From Promethearchaeota archaeon (lineage in GTDB: Archaea > Asgardarchaeota > Lokiarchaeia > Sigyniarchaeales > SOKP01): a stretch of DNA of 64,000 nucleotides. The position numbers and the translations under genes were made by a program. Where the stretch lies: assembly GCA_019058365.1 (NCBI GenBank), contig JAHPZE010000022.1, positions 1 to 64,000 of the forward strand. The letters are read 5' to 3'. Each line of letters begins with the position of its first letter. Position 1 is the first letter of the stretch. Under the pieces are notes generated by a model. That model was not told the DNA's origin. It made no database searches and saw nothing but the letters and a program-made list of their open reading frames with translations. Shown here piece after piece: positions 27,701-39,700 of the stretch.

Positions 27701-30700
27701 TTCAGGATTCTCAAGGAAACGATATTCCCATTGATATAGTTCCTATTAGTTCACTGGGACTATTTGAATATGAAGAAACATTAAAAATTGGAAGCTCCCT
27801 CTCGATACCTCTTGGCGGAGGAACTCGACTCGTTCACCTAGCACTAAGTTACCTTCCTACCTCATTATATAATAAATCAGCCGATCAATTAATAGATATT
27901 ACGGGTAAATATGAAGGAGAAAATGGCAATAAAATATATCCATATGTGGAGAGTAATAAATGGACAAAACCATTTACAGTTGTTACTGTCCCCGATAAAG
28001 CAAAACTTATCATGGTTGATGATATTACTCAGGATGCAGTTATTCAGCAAGAATTTGATGGAGAACGAGATTATATTTTCAATTATAATCCGATGGAAGC
28101 GTTAGAAGAAGGCGAAGAATATACTAAAGTAATGATTGATGTACTTACCAAAGAAAATTATACTTTCACCTTCCAGCATCTTAGTTATGAAGATGAGCTC
28201 GGTTCCCAAAAACCGATAAACAACAGTATAGTATGGCTCCACGTAGGTCTTATGCCTAAATCTGAGACCAAGTTCATAAATGATCGCACAATTATTGAAG
28301 AATATGGGATGCCCATGTATTTTGAATCATTGGGAACTCATCCTATAACTTTTGCAGGTCCAGGAACAAGTTCATTAGGGGCAAATAAAATGTTTGGAAG
28401 AGCCCTTATTTATGAATCGGGTAATCAATATTCAAATTATAGTGCCTATGGTCCGTTTATTTGGACATACGGAATAACTGATGAGTCGGGATGTGTCTCG
28501 TTTGAAGTAAATCTTGATCATGATTTTATCTCTGATTTCCTTGAAATTTGGGGCTCTATGGAAGGGTTCAATTCAGTGGAAGATATCGTATTATATATAA
28601 GAGCTTTCACCATAAGCGATTTCATATGGGATGACATGGCAATCGACTCTCCCGATCAATACCTCTGTTCAAAAGACGGGACGGTATTTGATGGAACCTC
28701 AAATATTGAAAATTATGACTTCACTCCATCAAAACTTCGAGATAACACCTATGTTGAAGGTCTTATACGCTTCCATAAGAATTATATAGCGGTAGGCTCA
28801 AATGATCACTACACATATAATTTGCCAGATCCAGATGACCCAATCGTTAACAAATTCGAAGATCTTACAGTGCATATTTATGCCACCAGAGCGAATCCTT
28901 TCCCTGACGGAACGATTCACACACTTGAATCCATCACCAAAGACTATTCAAATACAGAATTAGAGCCAACCGATGAATCAATTTTTGAAGATAACTATCG
29001 ATATTATGCCAATATTGAATTTATTAATCCTTCAGGCAATGTTGTAGAAACTCTCTATAAAGAAATTCACGAGGCGGATAATAGCGGGTACTTCACCATC
29101 GATAATGAAACAATGGCAGATATTGTTTTCAATTTAGGACCCGGTATTTCTAGCTTGAGAATTACTGTTGATGAAACAGAATATTATCGTGAATCGGCAC
29201 CCGTAATGGTACCCATCGAGATTTTGCCACCCTATTATACCACATTCGGTAAGAAAAACGTTGAGATTGATTTAATCGATCCGTTTATTAATGCCTATGG
29301 AAATGCGTTTGACCCCGATTATATGCCTTTTGAAAGTAATTATCCTCATTTGATTGGAACGTTATGGGTAGAACCATTCTTTAACGCCACTGGTGCAGAA
29401 AAATCAATTCAAGATTATGTGGAAATTAATTTAATATGTACTATTATCGGAGATGAAGGAGAGCAAGATCCATTCCCCTTACGTGAAGGAATTATGCTTC
29501 GCCCCGGCAACCATGATGGTCTTATGAAGTTCGATATCGGTTTGGGTCCTGAAGACGCATGGCTACTTGGTGATCATTGCAAGCTCAACTTATCATTCGA
29601 TATTTCTTATAATGCATATAAAATCTATGAAGATGATCGGGATGTTATTATCTACCTTCTCGATTTGCGTTTGGAAGAGAATCCTTCCAGCAGCACCCCT
29701 GCAACAAATTGGTCATTATATTATGATACTTTAGATTTTGATCAGGAATTAATCACAATTTCAGAAAAGCCTGATACGATAGATGATACGAAAACAGGAG
29801 CCGTTTCATTAGGAGGTGTGGTAAATGAAGAAACATATGGTATCGAGGTTGAATTTACTTATGATCCTGAAACTTCCCTCTATTCCATTGATAATTCGAG
29901 TGAATTATATTACTTATTAGATCTCTATTCTATTGAACCCCTTGAAATTCGAAATGAATCAGGCGAATTAGTAGCCGATTGGGAGCAAGCATATCAAAGC
30001 TCTCCTCATAAGAAGGAGCAAGCAATAGTTCGACTGGGAGAAAATGCAAATATTCAGGATTCTACATCTTTTACCGTAATTTATCGATTTTACTTCGATT
30101 TTGATGGATATTATGCTCAAATTACTTTGGGTCCAAATGAAGGAAATCATATTAATATGAGTTGGATTGAGATTGAGTTAGCTGACGGCTTTTTGCCTGA
30201 AAGTGAGGATAGCACATCCTTTATGTTTACCAGATTCAACCAAACTTGTGTTGGTGATGATGAAACTACTGAATTTTATTTAGATTATACTAAAGAGGAT
30301 GCCGAAAAATCTGATTTTATAATATATAATTATAAAGAATTGGATGCATTAGATACAGAGCAGAATGACGATTCAGTTAGTCTATCTATTGAAGGTAATT
30401 GTTTAGAAATTTCATTTGATGAGCCTATAGGTTCCGATGTGAAATTTGCTGTAGAGTACGGCGTAAAATCTCAATATTTATTAGGATATGGATTCCAAAA
30501 GTTTAATGAAACCTATAGTGATTCTGTACGATTGTTATCTAAAGATTCTAATGAAGACATGATTAAGGAGAGTGGAGAAACTCTCGAAGCGTATAACGTT
30601 GAAGATCCTTCCTTGTATATTGGTTTAGATAATTCCCTTGACGAGACCATTTTAGAGCTGTATAATATGCCCCTGCTTTATGGCCCAGAAATTAACTGCA

Positions 30701-33700
30701 CCTTTATTTTAGATTCCATAGTAGTTGATTGGATTAAAAGCTTTAAAGCACAAGATAATAATACCTTAACTATTGACTTTTATTTTGTAGCAGGTGGCGG
30801 GTACGGTTCTTATTATATGGATTCGGTTGACCTTTCTCTTGATTGGTATACCATAAAAGATGATTTAGTGTCAGGGTCATATATACTTCAATACAGTAAA
30901 GATCTTCAAGGTATTTATGATACGTATGGAGCAAGCTCACTTGATATTTATATCAGTATTTCTCAACAAGGTACTAGCGCTAACTTTATTCCCTACATCA
31001 TTCTTGAACAATTTGATTACCTCTGTGATGATCATTATGTGGAAATGTATGCTCGAATGCCGGTAAACGAAGATGAAATCCTTGATGTTGATGCAGTTAT
31101 CAACACCCCTCATTATTATCAGATTTTATCCCGACCATTCTTAGATTGCGCCTATGGAGAATCTGATTTTGATTTAATTGACGGTTCAGAAGTTACAGTT
31201 GGAATTGATGGGTTAATGTATTCAAGCTTAGTCGCATTAGATGGAACACGAGGAGATTATAACTTCACTTATTTAGGTACCCAAGAAACTCTTCCAGTGA
31301 ATTCAGAAAATTATTATATGATTCCTAATCTAGCACTTTTTACTGATGCATATAATACTGATGAGGTCATCTATCAAGACGGTTTTGTAAACCTTTATTA
31401 TGGAAGTGGTACTGATGTTCGAGGAGAATATGATTACAATAAAAGGATTTACATGGATTATTCTGGTGCTGGAGTGGATGATTATGAGTCGTATCTTAAC
31501 AATGGAGCCCCGACATCATGGGAAGCCACCTTTAATATAACCGATCAATTTTTAACCACTCAGGAAATTTCAGTCTCAGGTACAGTTCTATACCATCAAT
31601 TATTCGATTTAGGCTCCGATATTATAGATAATAGTGAATTAATTGAGATTTTACCTGATATTGAAGGGATGTTTTTCGGAATTGAACTTCCTACTGATGT
31701 AAGCATCGCGCATATTAGAACCATCGGAACTCCATACGAGTACGATTTAAGCGCTCAAGGATTTCCAATAGATCCCAATGATTATGACCAAGGTACTTAC
31801 TGTAAATTTGATGATGGTAAATCTTACACCATGAATTTTGATACGCGGGCAGAACATAGTATTATGAACTCTACCATATTTTATTCGCTTGAATTTGCGT
31901 CTAACGGCAGCAAGTATATCGTGTTTTACAAAAATTATACCACCGTACAATCCTATGCAATAGATAACTTTATTATGGTAGATTACTGGGCATATTATAC
32001 TTTTACTCAAGGGTTTGATTATAATATTGTGGAAGATCCTATCGATCCTTTTGTGTCTACGATTGTGTGGGAATTTACCGTAGATTCTATCGATTCATAT
32101 TCAATACATCCTGACTTTGCTTTCAATAGTTCCTCTTTTACCATTGATTATTCTTCGTTAGAATGGAATTTAGCAGATAATCGAAATGGGTATATCAAGG
32201 ATGGAAATGATCAGTTTACATTCCAACCTGAGATTACCACCAATATTTCGGTAGTGTACTATGGAGATGATAATGAATCATTTTCACTATTAAATATCGT
32301 TCCTGATAACCAATTCAACGACTCCCAGATATTCAAAGAAGTATATGTACAATTCTGGGATGGAGAAGACTTATCATCAGTAGATATATTCCGCATACCA
32401 GATGACATTATTATACATGACTACATATATCAAGATGTAAGCACCAGTTTCTATTATTGGATAAATTTCACTAAATGTGAGCAACGCGTACAAGATTTCT
32501 ATCCAAATTATACACTTGTACCCGATTCATATGCATTTGTTGAAATTCAATTTATTTCAGATCAATTAAAATATCCATTGACTCATACTCCATTTAATTA
32601 TGAAATGGTGCAAAGTCAACACACAACATATCATATTACGCTAAATATCGAAGGAAAAGATCCGATCTATAGTTATGAATCAGAATTTGAAAAATATGTG
32701 CTAAAAATCGAAAATAATTATATCTATTTCAACGATAAACTATACGGAGAAGAGGGTTATATCTCCAATAAAACGCAAATCTCTCTTTCCTATAAGTTTA
32801 AACTTCAGCCAGGTCTTTTAGACCAAGAACATTTCTTTATGGTGATATACCCTTGGACTAACGTATTTGATACCACAATAGATATAGATGACCCCGACTA
32901 TTATCGTGAAAAATACAGAAAACTTTCAGGAGGGTCAATTATTTCACCATTTGAATATTCTCTTTCCATTAATGATACTTATTCGCTCTATTTAAGCTAC
33001 CGTTTGAACTTAAGAGAATCTTATGACGTGAAATGTGAGATCGACTATGCTTCTGGAGAGTTGGACTTTTCCTACTTGCAAAATGGGCTTGATACTTATA
33101 TTAAAGAGTATGTGAATGATGAGGAAGCTGCAGTACGGGTGTATTATTTCGATACTGATGGAACCAAGAGACCCTTACAACAATGGCATTATACCGTAGA
33201 TCCCGTAGAGCATAAAGTAATTTTAAAAGATAATGGAAATATTATAACCACTCCAAATGAAATTTCAGAATTTTATATTACTATTATTCCTGAATCCCGT
33301 GATTATACTCTTGCTACGTATGAATATACTTATAATCCTTCCTTGAATATGTCAGATACACTTGCATTAACTCATTGGGAAGTCACCAATGGAGAACAAT
33401 TTGACGTGATCCCCAATTTCAATGCTCTGTATTATGTAAATGAACAAGAAAGCACGTTTACTCGTAGTTTATGCTATGCAACTCAAATATCCTCTTTCTT
33501 AGAGATTGGCGAAGAATTAGTATTTAATATAATCGATGAATTGCCAGAGGATGTAGTTGCTGATATTGCTTCGGGAGACTATGGCAGCCTATTCATTAAT
33601 ACAATTATGGATAATTATGAAGCGTTAGACACGCTCGTTGTTGAATTACATAGCTCATCAGCAAAGATAGGTGAACAAATATTCTCAAGAGAAGAATTAC

Positions 33701-36700
33701 TTGCGTGTGATTTCAAGCTCCAGATTGATCTTGCTGGTGCGAACGCCTTACACCATTTAATATTCAAGCCCGAATTCAGAACTGATAACGAGTATAGCGA
33801 TGATAATGTCGTCGGTATACCTTATTTTGAATTTATAGAGTGGGATGAGGCGCTTACCACCACTGATGAGGATGGAAATCTTGTAATGATGCATATTCTT
33901 GAAAAAGATCTTTTCACCAAAGATAGTCCTCTAGAAATTGCTTATATGTTTAATGATAAACTACAATGGCTAAAATTACCCGAAGATATAGCATTCAATT
34001 GGGAAATTGAAGTAGATGCTTTCAAGAGAAATATCTCTTATCTGTTGCTTCCGAGTGCGTATATAAATCCCGATGATAGTTCTGAAGTAACTTCCTTTGA
34101 AGATGGCGACTTGATTATTCTACGATATAATACACCTGTAGATAAAGCCATCCAAATTGGAGTTGAAAAAATGTATTTGAATAAGAAGCCCGCTAATCCA
34201 TCCCTTCCTTTTGCCGAAGTTATGCTTATAAACACGAATAATTCCATTGATTACAGCACATTTTCAGATCCTTACAGTTATACTTTACCCTTAAATCTTA
34301 CGCCATTCAATACGGAATATTTAGGCACTTACATGGATATTTTAGTTGATATTAACTTAACAACTCTGGAAGAATTTGCAGAAAACGGGTATCTTGACTT
34401 CTCTCATTTAGTGGTTTCTGTTCCAGACCCCGCCTATGAACTCACCTTACATGAAATTGCGATAGTACAAGAATATCAAGACGGCTTAGAGTATTCTGAA
34501 GAATTTTATAGTAGAATATGGCAATTTACAGAACGAGACAACTTTACCTCGACCGATGATCCTGAACATGACCAATATCACTTTACCTACAACAAAACTC
34601 CCCTCTACTATAACGATCCAGACAATGGTAAATGGCTCGAATATCTAAAGATCTATGATGAGAATTACAATTATTATTCCGCAGGTCTTTCCGGTGATGA
34701 GTATCAACTTTTATGGGATCCCGATTCTGGAAACTTCACATGGAATAAAGGTTTTGGTGTGTTCCAAGATTACTGGGGTATGCAAATTGAGCTTCCCGCG
34801 ATGATAGAACCTAATACCACCCTTTATTTCGAATATTGCTATAATGAGTCTTGGAATTCGCCAATTGTGATGCAATATGAAAATATTCTTTTTGAATCCA
34901 TTGATTTGGTCTATAATTGGGATTATTTGCTTACGCCCCGATATGAAATGTGGTATGGAGAAATTTATGATAATACCAATAACGGTTATGATTATGAAGT
35001 AGAACAGTATTATTCCGAAGCATTTTCGGTATATGATGATTCTTCAATCTATTCATATACATTTGAAGCAGATTACAACTTTACTACCGATTTCCTTAAT
35101 ATGTCTTTGTTTAAAGTTATCGGAGTCTATGCCAACTTTACGGAAACCGAGCTTGTAGATGATAATACTAACTATGATATTGATTTTGATATTGACAACA
35201 AAGAAATAACTATTTCGGACCTTATTTCTGGTGATGGCCTTCTCAATCAATTTGATCTGATTACTGTTATTGTAAACTTCACTTCAGGTCCAATTTCCCA
35301 GAGAACCGTTATAACCTTTTCAAATACTTTTAATGAAACCTATCTTTCTGATATTGAATCATCGTTTTATGATTATATTAGCTGCTCTTTTGATTATTCA
35401 GTCAATCAACCATCCTTTCTATTTGCAGAATCCGCTTATCACATAATTTCCGATTCTACCTCATTTATTCCGATTAATTATTCCAAAAATACGGATTTAA
35501 GCTTTGATTTCGGGATTGAAGATTATGATACAAATACCATCTATGAAAAATTTGAAATTCACGAAGACAAATATAATACGATCTATGTAGCTGATTTAGA
35601 TTTTGATGGTGAAGTGGACTATAAACAGGAAATTGATATAGATAAGAATGATAGAATAGACATCACACGCTACGGGATCGATGATCCCGAAAATCCGGGA
35701 GAAATTATTTGGTATCGTATAATACAAGATTTTGAGACTGAAGAAAAAATAATTAATAAACAGCAAGATGAAGAATTAAGAACTAATTGGTTCAAAATAG
35801 CAGATCTTGGAGTCTGGGCACAGCGTTCTGTACAAGAACAATCAAGTACCGTTCAGTTTACAGACACTAAATTCTACAGTGTAAAATTAGATGTTGATCT
35901 CGATGGCTATGCTGATAGCCAGATGACCTATCACCGAGTTACAGATACAGTTATTCATGAAAATATAGTAAATGAATGGACGGCGATAGTTAGTGCTGAA
36001 GCAGATGAATATATGACTATATATATAACTGCAGAAATAATTAACCATCTAACGATAGAATTAATTGAATCATTTGATTATGAAGTATTAAAACAATATT
36101 TAGATTATTCCCAATTTTTAGTTCTAAAAGGCTCCTATACCAAATTTAGAGAAACTTCTATTCTTTCTCACACAGAACAGACCATTCAAGAAGTACTTAC
36201 ATATATAGATTGGGAAGAAGGAGAAGTCACGAGTACTCGATCCTATGTAAATATGTTTTCAGAAGGACTTTCAGAGCTCTCATATAGAAACTTAAAGTCA
36301 GATGTATTTAGCACATTGTCAGTATATAATGAAGACACAGACCAAACACAAGAAATTAGCGGACTTCCTTTTTTCATCGCAAATTTCTCCCAGATCGATT
36401 GGCATACCGAAGTATGGGGTCCTGATGCTGTACCAATACAATTTGATACTCTTTATAGTAGCTATGGTGAAGATGAGAATACAGTTAAAAACTATTATGA
36501 AGGTACCTATTGTATAAACTTTCGCAATCGTTTTAGTCTTTATCACGACTATCAAAAAGATCTTTCTGATGATGTTATAGGCTCAACATTATTTAATGTG
36601 GAAGGTATTTTCATAACTCCCGTAGATGGGAAAGTGTATTTTACATCAACGAAAGCTGCATATCAATCTTCTGACCGTACAATGGCTAAAACTTACGGAC

Positions 36701-39700
36701 ATTATCTTTATTATGACAGCGACAAAAATGGCTTCTACGAAACCGTTTATGTATTAGCTCCTGATGAAGATGAGGATGGAGTATATGATGTTATTTCAAT
36801 TATCTATAATTATGACGGAGACCATGCAATTACGCCATATGAGATAATTAGCACCGAAGAATCATTTACTGGTAATTATATTTCCCGAAAAGTTCTTGGA
36901 ATAGATTTTCACGGTATAATAATTAATGAATTTGGAGGGTCAGTTAATAATCTTAAGGATTGGTTAGATGAGTGGTACGGAGAAATCCATGATGGGTTTA
37001 TTACCAAAGATAATGTGTTTGAGATTTATAAGCTTTTGCCGATAGAAAACGTTAATGAGTTCGCTCCTGCGTTATTTTACGAGGCATATTTAGGAGCTTA
37101 TGGTGATGCATGGAATATGTATCAAGACCAGCTTTGGGATGACGTATGGGAACAAGTTGGAATGATGGCCACTGCGGGATATATATCAGGAGGGGCCTCT
37201 ATAGCGTTAATAGCACTTGGGGCTTCAAATCCAGTGACTGCTCTCATCGGAGGTCTTATTTTCGCCGTTATATACTGCAGTTTAACATTGAGTTCTCAAG
37301 ATGCAAAGCGTCGAGAGCAGCAGAATAAAGTTTCCGCGCAAACCTATTATTCACTTGATTCGGACAATAATCAGCCAACTAATATAAACCAGAAACAATT
37401 GAACGGAGGCACTTGGGAGCATTATTCCGAGCATCCCAGTCCGAAATATATGCCCATATCTACAGGTGAAATAAACCCTCAATATGACGCAAAAGCAATT
37501 GTAACACCACCTGACAGCCTCAGAATCACTGGACGCATGGGCGATTCCAATTTTACGTTCTTCGGTATTGAAGAAAAAGAACTAAACTGGTGGGATAAGT
37601 TTTGGATGAATGTATTTGAGGCTTTAGCTGGAGGTGGCGACGCAATGGCACCAGGTTCTGGTATTAATTTCCCTGAATTTACTGATGCGGAGGAGGAAAA
37701 CATTAGAGATATGCTAAGAGCTGCTTCACATGCCTATACAAATCTGGACTACTTACTTATAACAAGCGAATTGCCATCATATAATATCATTGAATATTAT
37801 GAGTTCGATCATGGAACGGAAGATTATCGCACTATTGCATATGATAATTATAAAAGTAATACGTTAGGATTTTTAGAGCAAACCATGATTCCCGCTTCAA
37901 ATGGAAAGTATAATGCAATAAGACCGATGTGTATTAATGGTCGCCCCGCATACATGTATATTAACAGCAATGATGAGTTCAATCAGCGTATCCAACCACT
38001 TTCACCGTTATATCAACCCGTTGTCATTAGTAATGAGCGATATGGAGTGCTTTTTCCAGACGATACCATCCCAGACTCTACGATTTCAGTTGATATCCAA
38101 AGCGGATTGTTAAACGATTCCTATACTTCAGGTATTGACTCTAATAATCTTACAATTTATGAATATAAGCGAGGGTATAAAGCAAAAATTCCACTCTATA
38201 GCGATGAATTTAACTATCCAATTAGTTTGATCACGGTTGAAGTTATTACTTCAGGTGTAAGTTCAGGTCTATTATCCAGTACTTATTTTGCCACCTATGT
38301 TTCGGAAATCGAGCTTACGTCCAGTCAATATACTCTCGAAGGAGGTAATTTATACTTTTGCGAAACTTTTGATGAGATTATTCTTTCAGCTTTTAATTTT
38401 AAAGTATTGCAAGACGAGTTTCTAGAATTAACTCAGAATTGGGAGGAAGGGACCCTCTTTTATAAAGTTCATATCCACATTCCGCAAGTGATTGCAGATA
38501 CATCTACGACCGCAGGAGTTATCGATACGATATCCAGTGATGCTGGCAGAAGTGCGTTAGCTCAGACCACTCAGTATTTAATTAGTGATTTCTTTAACGT
38601 ATTCACCTTAGCAAAATCATTTGCCGAAGGTGAAGCACAAAAAGATTATACCGTACAAGTTACAGCAATTTCCACCCTGATATCTTCTTTAGCCCTTCTG
38701 CCCGTTGTTTTCGCCTCCGCTGGAGTATCGGGTTTTATTAAAGGTGCGGTTGGCAGGACTATAGGAACAACTGTAGCAAAATATGTTGCGTCGTTGCCAG
38801 TTCAGGTACTACAAGAAGTATATGAAGAGCTTTATATTGACTCATTTATAGAAGAAACATTACAGCATTTGGGCGACTCTACCGGTATCTGGGGCGTTAT
38901 TGTCACTTCATTACGGGAAGCTATACTCGGGCCAGCAGCCGAATTCCTAGGAAGCCTCAGAGGATCTTCAAACGTAGATGTAAATACCCAGATGACCGCT
39001 CAAGAAGTTCAATTACAACAAACAAGTAATATCTTACAATCATTTTTATGGACTGGTCATCATGTTATGCAAGAGGCAACATTAGATAATGCCATCTCTT
39101 CGGACGTATCAACTGAAGCTCAATTATTAAGTAATAATATAAATAAGATTCAAGCCCAACTTGCAGAACTGGGACTTACTCGACAGAAGAATAAAATAAA
39201 GGCAAAATCTATATTCGGCACGGAATTCATAATTCAAGGAATCTTCTCCCTTCCTGGACTCTTCTTTGGCGGGTTCAATTTAGGCGCGATGGGAACGCTT
39301 CTTGACCTGTCAATCGATTATATGTTTGATGTCCAATTATCTCGCCACATGATCGACAATAAAATCCAAGCGGTAACTCAAACGAAGCACAGATTAGACC
39401 TTGAAGCAAAGTATTTAGGATTAGTACGCGATGCACAAACCGTTTCTAATATCCCTCAAGTCAAGTTCGTACTTGCCATGGCACAAGGGATTGCCACCAT
39501 CAACCCAAGCCAATACAGCGCCTCCGAATTCCAAACTCAAGTACAACTGCAAATAAATCAACTCGATGCATTCGGCACAATTATAAGGTCTGTGAAAGAG
39601 AAACAGCAAAAAATCAAAGAAAGGCAGAATCAATTGGAGGTTCTAGGTAGTTCTAAAGAAAATGTCGAGAGTATAGAGCAGAAATTTCAGAATAATCCTA

